A stretch of 64,000 nt of DNA from Chrysomallon squamiferum (lineage: Eukaryota > Animalia > Mollusca), in assembly GCA_012295275.1 (NCBI GenBank), contig CM022667.1, forward strand, positions 18,662,001 to 18,726,000, given 5' to 3'. Position 1 is the first letter of the stretch, and every line of letters begins with the position of its first letter. The position numbers and the translations under genes were made by a program. The notes under the pieces are model-generated. The model saw only the letters and a list, made by a program, of their open reading frames with translations. It did not search any database and was not told the DNA's origin. Shown piece by piece: positions 12,875 to 24,707 of the stretch.

Positions 12875-15800
12875 TGTATATGCATGTATATATGAATATT
12901 ATATATTATATATTAATAGAAATTAAACTTATTTTGATATAATTTCTTGATTCTCCCGTGACTGATTCTATCTTTAATAAGGATTTAACTGATTTCATAT
13001 TTTAAATCTGGTTTCCAAAAAACCATAAATTAGTTGTGTTATTTTCTTGTATATTATTACAGAATATGATGACACAGCAATTCTTTTGATTAAAAATGTG
13101 TTGTACTCTTGGGACAAGAAACATATTTCTTAAACTGCCAATCAACTGTCATGAAAGTAAATTATATTATCAAGTGAAATACATAATAAATCTGCTGTAA
13201 TGGAAAGCTTTTTCCAGTGTGTGTTTTTAAAAGTTTGAAATGTCAGAAAGCAATATTACCTCTAAGAAATGAAAAGCCTTTGACCAGGATTTGTTTGCAG
13301 CAGGTCCACTGCGCAGTCCACCGTTGAGTCCTGCCATAGAGCCGAGAACATCAGCAATATTGGCAAGTGTTCTTGCAGCCAAGCCAGGTGATGTTGACTT
13401 CTCAGCAACTGTGGTAAGCAACAAATCTTCATTATGACTGCCACAAATCAAACTTTATATTTTTACAGTGTTTCATGAAACAAATGTTGAGCTTAGAGGT
13501 ACTTTTAATTGTACAAATGAAATTCAAGAATAATATGATTTTAATAATAAAAAATACAAACATTCAGCAAACAAATAAGCTAAAGCAGTGGAATATAGGA
13601 AAACAGAAGTAAACTGAATTACAGTTACTGATAAACTTGTATTAATGTAATGAACAAAAGAAAAAAAAAAAAAAAACAGAGATATGAAACTGTATGTTTC
13701 ATATTTATTTATATTTTATTCTTTGTTATGCTCTTGAATTTATTTCACAGTAAAATAATTAATAACCACATAAAAATCAGATTTTTATCATGTGTTTACC
13801 TTTATCAAGTGTTTCAAGAATTGGCCTAGAGAAGTTTTCAACACTGGCACTGTTGTAAACATTATGAAAACCTTTGTGTTCTTGATTAGTCAGGACTCCA
13901 ACTATATCCTGTTGGCTAATCTTGTAGAATAATTCTCTGTAATTAAATATATAACATGTCGTGGTTTAAAAAAAAGAAAAAGTATTAAAATATATAATGA
14001 TTATTGCATTAATACACTTACATTTTGTATAAAATATTCTGAATTAATTTGAACTTTATATCAGAAATATATTATTACCAACCACTGGCAATCAGAGCTT
14101 GTTATCCAAACTGGATACACATATTTTGCTCTCCTATCAATAAAAGAACAACTTGGATTACTCCATGTTACAAATATTCTGAATGCTGCCTGTAAATTGT
14201 AAATGTAAATATCTCAAAGTGTGAATGTGACATACTTTCTCCACTGAAACTCCTTCGATAAGTTAGTAAACTGAAGAATTTCCATTAGTGATAGCCGCCA
14301 CGATGATCGCCATCTGTAAAATAATAATGTGTTATTTTATTATTACATTTTAATATATACTGTTTACATCAGTAGAACAACAGTCAACAGATTTATTTTA
14401 TACAAAATCATCAAATACTGAATGATTCAATATATCACTATAGGAAATTTATCAGAAATTATAAAGTGAAAAAACCTACAGTATATTATTTCATTGTAGA
14501 GTTCTTTTTTTATTATATTTTTTATTAATAAAAAAAATGTGTCATTGGTGATTCATTATAAATCACATCACTTGTGAAAAAACATTGGTGTGAAAAAATG
14601 TAACATTATTATTCTTTCTTAAAAATGTGTTTCATTTATTAACATATAACAATTTATTACTGAAAAGGCATGATAGTGTTCTGAAAAAAATAAAACTTCA
14701 TTATTCACGTTTAAATACAAATAACTACAGAATGGACTCCTATGACAATACCGTTTTAGAATTGTTTTATCACTGTCCTGTGTTTGTCCTTGAAGCCAGA
14801 GAATTTCTTCCAGTCCTATGTGATCTGTAGCATGGAACACTGGATACAGTTTGGCTGTCAGAATTGTCTGATCATCATTTTGCTGTAAACAAGTACATAA
14901 ATATATCTTTATAACCAAGACAATTATAAGATAAAATGGTCTGATCATTATTCTGCAGTTAAAAGATTTAAAAAAAAAAAAAGGAATCTGGTTTTACAGA
15001 AGCAATAGCACTTTAAAAAAATAAATATATATCATTGTACACAAGTAAGTTAGTATTTAGTTCCTATGATAATAGTTGTTATACATTTATCAGCAGTAAA
15101 TATTATTTATTTGTCTTTATCACAAATCAGTTTGAAATCTAAACACACACATACACACAAATAGACAAATAGATAGATAGTCAGGTAGATGACAGATAGA
15201 ATATTATTTATCCATTATTAGAGTTTATGAATAATATAAAACATACCACATCAGTTCCCCAGAGATCTTCACAAAGTATTCCTGTCCTTTCTAAAAACAC
15301 CAGCCATAGATCATTACAGAACGTACTCACAGTTTTCCATGCTGGCATCTGAAATAAATGTCATAAATATTTACATTATATATGATTACGAAAACAAAAA
15401 TATTACCAACTATATGCATATAATCAAATTCTGCTAGAATCAATAAACAAAATTCAAGCTATTGTTATTAGTGTAAATATATTTTTAAATTATTCAGATT
15501 TAATTAATTAATGTTATTTGTAATCGTACCTTATATACTAAATATAGAAAATAAAATCATACTGTTATGTTATCAAATCGACCATGCACAGTTAGAACAT
15601 AAGGGTTGGTGTTTAGTGTTTTCAAATGGATGTTGAAGCCCTGAATGACTAGATCATCATCAAACTTGATCAGCTTCTTCACCTGTTAATAAACAAATTG
15701 TAACTGTATTAATATGCAAAGTAAACAAATTTCAGTATTATTAAGAAAATGTTCCACATTTAGAACATTAACAGATTTTACTTTTAATTATTTTGAATGA

Positions 15801-18800
15801 AACATATCTATAATTTCAGATATTTGTAACTGATTTAAATTTATTAGTAGATGTACTATTTTTAATTAAAAATAACAAATAAAGTTATATTATTTAAGAA
15901 CTATTTTGTTTTGATGTTTAGAATTGTTTTTAAGCTATAAGTAAATCAGTATTTGTGAATCTGCTACTCCTGAGAGCAGTAAGCTGAGAAATAAAATGGG
16001 CTACATTAATTTAATTTGTGTATTATTTAAGCTTGCAAAATAAAAGAAACATCAAATTTATCCTGCTCAGATAATGGAGATTGCAGTTTGGCCCAGCCTT
16101 ACTGCAACTATATATATATCTTTCAAATTAATAATTAGAATAATTTTCAATAATTTAATAAATAAATTACCTTGATATCTTCAATGCGCAAACCAGCAAT
16201 AACAGAGTCCTTTCCAATCATAATTTTTCCTTGAAAGCAAGAATGACTGATTGTTGTCTTTGACCCAACAGTTACTTCCCCTTGTAGTAGACTGTTAATA
16301 ACAACACTATCCTCATTCACGTGACTCTTGGTCTACAAATAAATTAAATTAAAATACATTAGTGGTAATTTCTGTTCCCAAACCAAATTCAGACAAATTA
16401 TAAATATCCACTATTTCCAAACACTGTCTTCCTACTAATTATTATTAACTTTATTCGTTTTTCAATTTCAATAAGAGTTATTTACAATTTTTGCTTTGAG
16501 TTAATGAATAAAAAAATAAAAAATACTTATAGATATTAAAAGAATAAACACTCTGTAGATCATTGTTTTAAAATAGGATTTAAAAGCAGAGGATTTAAAA
16601 TATTTTGGGATGTCAACAAAAATGATGGAAAATGTATAAACTTGTGTTTTAAATTAAAATTTGAAAAACATTATAAGCAATTTAAAATAATTACCCCAAT
16701 TGCAGAGTGTATGCAATTCCTCCAAATAAGGCTGGTATAGTTACATGCCTTCAAAGGACAATTAATCAGAACTTTTTTGTGTTCAGCAGAAAGGTCAGAT
16801 AAATAGTGGAACTCTCCTGTTTCTATCAAACCTGAAGAATTTAAAATAAAATTGTACACTGTGTAATCATGTTCATACTGAATGAAGTAATTATTATAAA
16901 TGGAAAAATTATCTTAATACATCATACATTTTAATAAAATTAAGAATAAAATTAATCTGCAATTTGACCTCTTACTTATTACCCAATCTGTCTCTGTAAG
17001 TTCTTTTTACTACTTATTACATAAATGAAAGAAAAGAAGTTATTCAATAAACAAAGACTGCCAATTATTGCCTGTTGAGATGTTTAGTTTAGTATCATAA
17101 TGGAAGTGAAAAATGAGATTAATAAGATTTTAAGATTTTAAACTATAACAAAACAGACTAATATCTATGCATCATACTGTAAGTGAAAAATGACATTAAA
17201 GATTTTAAACTGTAATTAAATATATAATATAAAATTTAATATATATAAATATAGACATTTAACATAAAAATTGAGAATTACATAATATTTGAAACTCCTT
17301 ACATGCTTTGATTTTAAAGTCATGTAGTTCTTTCCAAAGTGTTCTAGCCATGGCCACATTCAGCTGGTTTTGACAGTCTTCTGATTTTGTGATATTTGAA
17401 AATGAAGTGTTTCTTTGTCCAGATACAAACTCTGTCTCTGACAACCCAGTCATTGGCAGAAGGACATCAAAAAACAATGATAGCTTAAATAAGAACATTT
17501 AAATAAAATATATCAAACTATTAAAATTATCTAGCTTTCAATTCCAGTAGGAACATCTTGAAGTTATTGACTTTAATGACTGAATCAAGCCAAAAATAAC
17601 ATCAATACTTTCAACCGTAAAACTCATTACAGAATTTAGATTTTTGACTGTTTAAGATTAGATTAAACATAATAATAATTACAATAATTAATAATATTTT
17701 TCAGCCACATATTACTTGATTTCACTATGACCAACTTTTAAGTTTTTCATTAAAATTATTAACAAACACAGAATTCAGAGTGAAACTGTAATTTTATTTT
17801 AACCACACCTTAATTGGTGCTTGACCACTGTCCAGTCCCATGTAGGTGCAAGCATCCAGTGGTGGTTTAGTATGAAATGACAGCAGTTTACTGGCAACAG
17901 CAATACTGAAGTAAACAACACCAGCAACCTAAAATGTCTTAAAGGATTTTTAATGTGTCCTCTTTAAGTCTGCTTTTCAAGTATTTATAAGTTAGAAAAA
18001 GATTAATTAGCAATGACATCACAACACAAATATGATATTATATACATATATATATATATATATAGCTTAGAAAAAAGTAAAAATATAAACAAAATTTGAA
18101 TATTAAAATTATTTAAATTATATAAGAATCAAAAACAGATTTTTATGTTTTGTTCTTTTATGTTGTCTTTTGTTAAAAATTTTGATATAAAAAAATTTAG
18201 ACACACACACACCTGTAAATATGTATATATTTTATATTTGATATTAAAAATACCAATTAAAATCAAATCATAAATTTAAATAATGACCACAGGAACAGAT
18301 CCATCTGGTCGTTGGCATGTGTGTAATATATCAGCTTTCTGTTTGTAAAGGATATCTTTGACGTTGCCCTGGAAAACAGAATATTTTAAAACAGATTTCA
18401 TTGACAGCTGTTTCTTTATAAAAATATGTAGTTGTTGTTAAATGGAATCTTGGGAAAAACTAACAAATAAGCTACCTTTCTTTTCCTCAAAAATAACTTT
18501 TGCAAACAACATGATTTCATGTGATAATTTAACAAATTCTCTAAGTGTAATAAGGTATATTTATAAATGTATCAATACTACATTATACACACTGGTTAAC
18601 AGAATTTGCCATATTTAGTAAAGACATAGTCTTACTTCAGAATCTAATTTATACACGCCATGATCTTTACAATACTGCACAGTGCTAGGCATTGTGATAA
18701 CACACACATCACTCTCAACCCATGGGATATCTGTAAAAAAAGGTAAAGAAATATATATATATATATATTTTTTTTTATTTTTTTAAACAAGAATGGCAAT

Positions 18801-21800
18801 ATATTCAAACACAGTTTAGAATGGATTATTACAATAACATTCCAAATTATTTTATAAAGACAATTTCATAACATTCTTTTTTATTTATTTAATTATTTTA
18901 TTACCAACTTCTTCTTTTCTTTTTTTTCACTAAAGTAAATTAATCAAAGTGTTTGCCACTGAATTATTTGCCATTCAAAACAGCATACTGCTGATTTATT
19001 ATTATTTTGGTGGGTTAATGATTTAAGAGATGGCAATGTATATATTACAAAAATAAGTACAATAATTTTAAAAAATGCAATGATCATTAATATTAAATAC
19101 CAGTGATCTGACAATAAACACATATTCATTTATTCATTTGGCAGATAAATAAATAGAACTTCTGAAAATACACTGTCTATGAAAAATAGAAAACAATAAC
19201 TTTTCTGAGATAAAACAAAATGTCTGATTAAGTTTTAAAAATATGGATTAAGATATAATAACTGTCAGTACTTGTTTAACAGTTATTTTGAAAAAATATG
19301 TTAAATAACTGAATCTTTGGAGATTTTTTAATATAACTGAAATGATTTATTGTTACCAGCATCAGATGGGATAGAAAGCATCATGTCAGTGCTACTGATC
19401 CAAACTCCAGAATGAGATTTCACTGCAATCTAAACAAATAAAACATCAGTCACTAATTGCAACTATTTATTATTCTAAAATATTAAATAATTTCATATAC
19501 AATACTAAAAATCAAAACTAAACTACAAACATGAGAATTATTTATTTATTCCACATAGACCTGAGATAACAAGAAAAAGAAGATGCTGCTGGCTTTCACA
19601 GTCAACTTTTTTCAGTAGCAGAAAGGAATGATCCCACAGACAGGATAGTACATACCAAAAAGCAAAATAAAAAATATTTTATTAAAGTACCATTAATTTT
19701 GATTAGTTTTTGCTGTGTATCATTATATTATTAATTTATTTCAAATTATAAAATGTACATTACATACTTTAAAAGAATTACCCAGTGTCAGATAATAGTT
19801 GTGATTATATTAATAATGTACCTTTTCTGAAATAACTGTAAGCAAGAGATCAATGCTAGTAAGCAGACCATCATATTCTGGATTCATATACTGAACAGGA
19901 AGTGTTGTAAATGGTCGACTACATGAATCATAAGGATATGTTCTGCCCTGAATATTTATATATATATAAGCATTAATATATCTACACAAATAACACAAAA
20001 GCTGATGTTTTTCTTATTTTTATAACATATTTAAAAGAAAAAAAAACAAACATGTAAAACAAAAGTGAAATAGCATTTTCAAGAGTTGGATTCTCATTTT
20101 TATTCTTTATAATTAGCAATGTAAGGTTTTAAGTAAATAAATATTAATTTAAGGTTTTAAAAATATATTAAGGTCATTTAAAAAAAAAAAAATTCAATAA
20201 ATAAAATAAATTGTGAATGGTAAGTAAAAATAAAATCATATACTAGTGTGAATCAAATTACTCACACTGTGAAAGATAAGAATGCGAGCATCCAGAAGCA
20301 CATCTGGGTTAATCACCTAAATATATCAGAAAATAATTTAAATACAGACCACATACACATATATATATACTGCAAAAATTAATAATAATACTAAAATATT
20401 AATGAGACTTTGGAAACATAAATATGTAGAGAAAGACAACATATATTTTAATTAAAAATAGAAATATTAACATGTCTCATTGGTATACATCATTAGCTAT
20501 AAATACCCCCCCCCAATAAAAAGAAAAACCTATTATAATAACTCAAAAAAACTTTAGTTACCGTGTATCCCTTTTTGGCACTTAAAAACTCAACAATGGT
20601 TAATAAGGCATTGATTGTGGCTCCACCACTACCAACATTTGATTTTGGATCCTCAACTGTCAACAATATGACATCCTTATCAATGTAGCCTTTAGCTTGA
20701 CGTATTTCAAGTTCTGTAAAAAAGAGAAAAACAAACAAAAAACAAAAAAATAAATAAATAAATAAATAACAAAAGTAAATAAAGTAATAAAATTCATCAA
20801 TGAAATTAAATTAAATTTCATCCACTGAATCATTATATGAAAGATGTAAAAAGGCAGCTAGTTACATACCTTGCTGTAAAGTAAGAGTCCATTCTTTGTT
20901 AGCTGATGTCAGTACAATAGCTGTCCAACATTCTTTTCTATTATGTATCCTGCTAAGATAAAAATAATATTTATTTTTATATTTTTATTAATACCTACAG
21001 CTTAATCTAAAAGCATGTATTATTATCCAAATTATATTAACAATGTACTTTAGCTGCTTCACTGCTTGTAAAATTAATGTTAAAAACATTTTGTCTAAAC
21101 ATCAATTTATGAATACAGCTTTTATTTCTTTCTTTATTATTATTATTTTTTAAATTCACTTTGGAAATAAAAATTATTATCAATTTACCAACTTTCTGGT
21201 AATGGTATCTGGCTTCTTTGAATGCAATTTTATAACCACTGGATAATTTATATAGATTCTAAAATGAAGCACTAATGAATTGAAACATTTTGTTCTGCGA
21301 TTCCTCTATTAATTTATAGTAATTTCTCTGTTGAAAACTGCTTGTTTTAATTATAATAATGTGTACAAACTGGTTTGTTCATAATAATAGCAAAGTGTTT
21401 TGGTATTACAACTATTGAGAGACACTTGCTTGAGGACTACAGACAGAGAATATAATGTAATTTATTTTATAATATTTTTACATAAGTTGGTTGTATTTTG
21501 CTTTTTTAAAAGCCATTTTATATATATCATGCTCTAAGTCAGTAAGTGGATTCAGGATTGGTACATATAAATGATCGAGTAGTCCATGAATTGCAGGGCA
21601 GCTGAGCCGGTCCCCTTTCTTGTTATCTAAGGTAATTCGATGTTCTATGAATAAAACAAGTCATTAAATAAAATATTTATCTTTCATTCCCATTACAGCA
21701 TTAGTAATTTTCTTTGATTCCTATTACAGCATTAGTAATTTAATATATGCACTGATGGTCAAGAAAGCACATAATATTACGAAATAATTAACTTAAAGCT

Positions 21801-22051
21801 CTGATCAGCTATAGAAGTCAGTAAATTATAAGTAATATATAACTGATCATTAAGTTAAAGTGTATTTTCTTTGTTTAATAATATACTGTATTGCACTGTT
21901 TATATAGTTTATTAATTGTTATACTTAAAGTTATACCGTAAGTTATAGTCCGATATTGAATCATGAATGTTACATGTATCACAAACAATATCGTATTACT
22001 AAATACTTCTATTCACCTGGAATTGCCATTTCTTTCAGATTTATGTGCCAT
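6287..22051 (-). CDS. FCSK: L-fucose kinase (fucokinase N-terminal domain plus C-terminal GHMP kinase), 28 coding exons
   Basis: First exon 22051-22017 ([11 protein letters not shown]) is phase-compatible with the exon at ~20949-20870 (CWTAIVLTS). Motifs: [41 protein letters not shown] (11269-11108), WSNLPHGS|[10 protein letters not shown] (9758-9621, 9256-9162), [16 protein letters not shown] and [13 protein letters not shown] (8843-8625), [14 protein letters not shown] and [11 protein letters not shown] (6778-6555). Last exon 6358-6287 ends in TAA. All introns checked are GT-AG. Confidence 0.95.
6943..7570 (-). mobile_element. Tigger/pogo-family non-autonomous element with transposase N-terminal remnant, in an FCSK intron
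   Basis: Terminus CAGTGATACCTCAAGTTACGAG on the minus strand from 7570. Remnant [44 protein letters not shown] is CENP-B-type HTH-like. 6943-7050 matches the reverse complement of 53666-53775. The other TIR is missing. Confidence 0.88.
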
Positions 22052-22245
22052 TTGATTGCGTCATAAAATATAAACAAATTTAAACTGCCGCAATGAAAAC
22101 TAAAATAATGCAAAAAAAAAATAGATATTAATGGAATCCAATGGATTTAGAGTTACTTCCCTTACAGTATTTAATAAAAGGAAACGTGTTGATTTCCTCA
22201 TGGTTGTTTTTATTTTTTTAAATATTTGACTAAAGCTCCGGGAGG

Positions 22246-22465
22246 CAGTAGCGTGCAGAGGGGATTCAATAAGAGAAAAGAACTTAATAAACTTGGTTGA
22301 TTTATATTTAAATCGAATAGTGTTTATTTTATTTTTCATCCGTGTTCACATATTCAAAATATCTTCCTTTCTCATATTTCCCATAACTAGATCTTATACT
22401 TGAGTTTTCGGGGCATACAATCAAGGATTTCGCCCACGGTATCACCAGACCTCTGCACTCCACTG
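22246..22465 (-). mobile_element. hAT-type MITE (220 bp), family A
   Basis: TIRs CAGTAGCGTGCAGAG / CTCTGCACTCCACTG. Perfect 8-bp TSD CCGGGAGG at 22238-22245 and 22466-22473. The interior matches 48456-48701 in the opposite orientation. Confidence 0.92.
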
Positions 22466-22726
22466 CCGGGAGGGGCCAAGTGATGTAGCCACTTCTCCCC
22501 CGTTAATCTCATCTGATAAATACCACATAAACTGAACACGGGAAAACAGATGAATATCCTGCACAAAGGTTTATATTCCATATAGCACTTAAATCTAGAA
22601 AATTCATTCTTTATAATGTTGTGCTAAAGCTCGGAATAATGGTGTATGGTATTGTCTAACGAAGTCCCTTAGGTTTTCAAGAAAAATAAAATAAAATAAT
22701 AATAATAATAATTATTATAATAATAA

Positions 22727-22758
<32 letters not shown>

Positions 22759-22798
22759 AAACTAAAATAATATATATATATACACATATACATATATA

Positions 22799-23399
22799 CA
22801 GGGTGTCCCAAAAGTAACCGAACCGCAAACTTAAATAAAATTAGACATTAAAAATAACAAATTTAATTCCATCTTTTATGCCATTTTATGTTATCGTTTG
22901 TACTATTCATTTACTTCCGTCAGCAGTAGTCTTTGGATTGATTTTTGTTACCTGATTGTAGCGTTCTTCGTGATCGAGACTTCTGTTTTAGCGCGCGTTA
23001 CTGGACTCGCCATGGTTTGACTTGAAATGGTACCTTTACTCTTAAAAATGCAGCGAAGAACTTTTGATTTAAACGAACGTATCTTCGTTATTAAGAATTA
23101 CTAGGCAATGACTAGCTAGCTACAAGCATGTTGAAGAAAGATGGGAAGTAAACTTTAGAACACCTGTACCGAGTAAATCGACAATGTTCAATCTTGTATC
23201 CAAATTTGAAGTAACTGGAAGTGTGTCAAATGCTCCTAAAAAAGTATGTCGCAGTGTTGTCAAAAGGTGTCGTGATTGTATTGAAGTTCAAGGTAGACAT
23301 TTTGAACATTTGTAAATACTATTGTTTTTAATATCTTTAATTTGTTGTTTTTAATAATTTTATTTAAGTTTGCGGTTCGGTTACTTTTGTGACACCCTG
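22799..23399 (+). mobile_element. Internally deleted Tc1/mariner element
   Basis: ~44-bp near-perfect TIRs (CAGGGTGTCCCAAAAGTAACCGAACCGCAAACTTAAATAAAATT) and TA on both sides. The interior joins a transposase N-terminal remnant (MQRRTFDLNERIFVIKNY*...PSKSTMFNLVSKFEVTGSV) to the extreme C-terminus (VCRSVVKRCRDCIEVQGRHFEHL*). Confidence 0.93.
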
Positions 23400-23405
23400 T
23401 ATAGT

Positions 23406-24140
23406 GAGTGGTACCTCGAGTTACGAGCAGCTGCCCGGTCGATTTTTAGCTTTGAGTTGTGAGCCAAAATTCGAGTTACGAGCTAGATTCAGATACGCCG
23501 CCGCTAGTTGGCGCAACGTACATTTCAACATCCGCCCAGCATCTTGCGTCTCACTTGTTTTACTTCACGTGATTACCTCGCCGTGGAAGCATCTCTGTTG
23601 TGTTGTGCTCAAGGCCGGATTTCCCATATAGGCTTTCTAGGCTAAAGCCTACGGCGGGTACTTCATGAAAATTGTTTATGGCCAGTGTTGCCAATTGTGT
23701 GCCTTTCGTCTTTTTAGGAGAGTGTGCGCTTTGTTAAATTTAGGCTCTTTTGACCTAATTCAATTAAATTATTATGACTAAGAATAAATACCTTTGGACA
23801 GAAACTTTGTAAAAATACTGATATTTTTTGAGGTGTGCGCTTTTTCAGTAAGAATTTGTACGCTTGGGATAAGTTATAAAAAAATCATATATTTCATATT
23901 ATATAATAAACAAAGTAGGAAGGGTGAAGCGGGCATGAAGAGAGGGCGGTAAAATTTCTAAAGCCTATTGGCGACTAGCACAATAAACCGGCACTGGTTG
24001 TTCCCGCGTTTTATGCGGTATTTTGCCAGATATCCATGGATCCTAAGAAAGTGAGTGCAAAGGCCAGTGCTGAGAAGAAGAAGCGGATGATGTCCATTGC
24101 ATTAAAGCATGAAATTATAGAAAAACATGAGAGGTGTGCA
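23406..24140 (+). mobile_element. Tigger/pogo-family element, 5' part, interrupted by a nested insertion
   Basis: Starts GAGTGGTACCTCGAGTTACGAG and is colinear with the 6943-7570 and 53413-53920 copies. After the insert it resumes into [33 protein letters not shown] (from 24036). Confidence 0.88.
23610..23996. mobile_element. hAT-like MITE (387 bp) nested in the Tigger copy, family B
   Basis: Imperfect TIRs CAAGGCCGGATTT / TAAACCGGCACTG. Flanks GTTGTGCT (23602-23609) and GTTGTTCC (23997-24004) match 6/8. This segment is absent from the other Tigger copies. Confidence 0.75.
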
Positions 24141-24191
24141 TGTAGCCTAACATTTATTGTCTTTTACTGTCTGGTTCCACAACGTGATAAG

Positions 24192-24450
24192 CAGTGGTGC
24201 CTTGACTTGCGAGTGCCCCATCTTATGAGTTACGAGTAGTTATTTGGTCGATTTATAGCTTTGAGTTGCGAGCAAAAATCCGAGTTACGAGCGAGTTCCA
24301 GATATGCCGCTGCTACTTGGCACAACAAACAACACATCCGGCCAGCATCCCGCGTCTCATTCGTTTACTTCATATGGTTACCTCGCCGCGGAAGCATCTT
24401 TGTTGTGTTGTGTTAGCATTTTGTGCAGTATTTTGCCAAATTTCTTATTT
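24192..24450 (+). mobile_element. Second Tigger/pogo 5' fragment
   Basis: Begins CAGTGGTGCCTTGACTTGCGAG and repeats the sequence of 23406-23609. It stops before the transposase ATG. Confidence 0.85.
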
Positions 24451-24675
24451 AATATATATAATTATAAAAAATTAATCAAGCTTCGTCAGTAGGTTCATCT
24501 ATTTTGATAGAACAGCAGTTGCAATTTATTATTTTTAGAACTGAAACTAAGCAAGAAATGATGCCGCCTGACTATATATATCTCATATATTCACCTTCTC
24601 ATAAAAGAAAAATATTAATAAATCATTTTATTTCCTGAACAATCCCACACTGTAAAATGAAACAGTCTATCAGTA

Positions 24676-24707
<32 letters not shown>

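Noticed and set aside
21682-21741. 31-bp tandem duplication (attacagcattagtaattt)
   Set aside because: Two copies with no spacers; ordinary slippage duplication, not CRISPR-like.
22017-22029. Nearer ATG (22029) as the FCSK start
   Set aside because: It gives a 13-nt phase-1 exon incompatible with exon 2; the ATG at 22051 gives the required phase 2.
22100-22339. ORF sharing the peptide FKYKSTK with ORF 48501-49001
   Set aside because: The similarity comes from two copies of the same non-coding hAT MITE.
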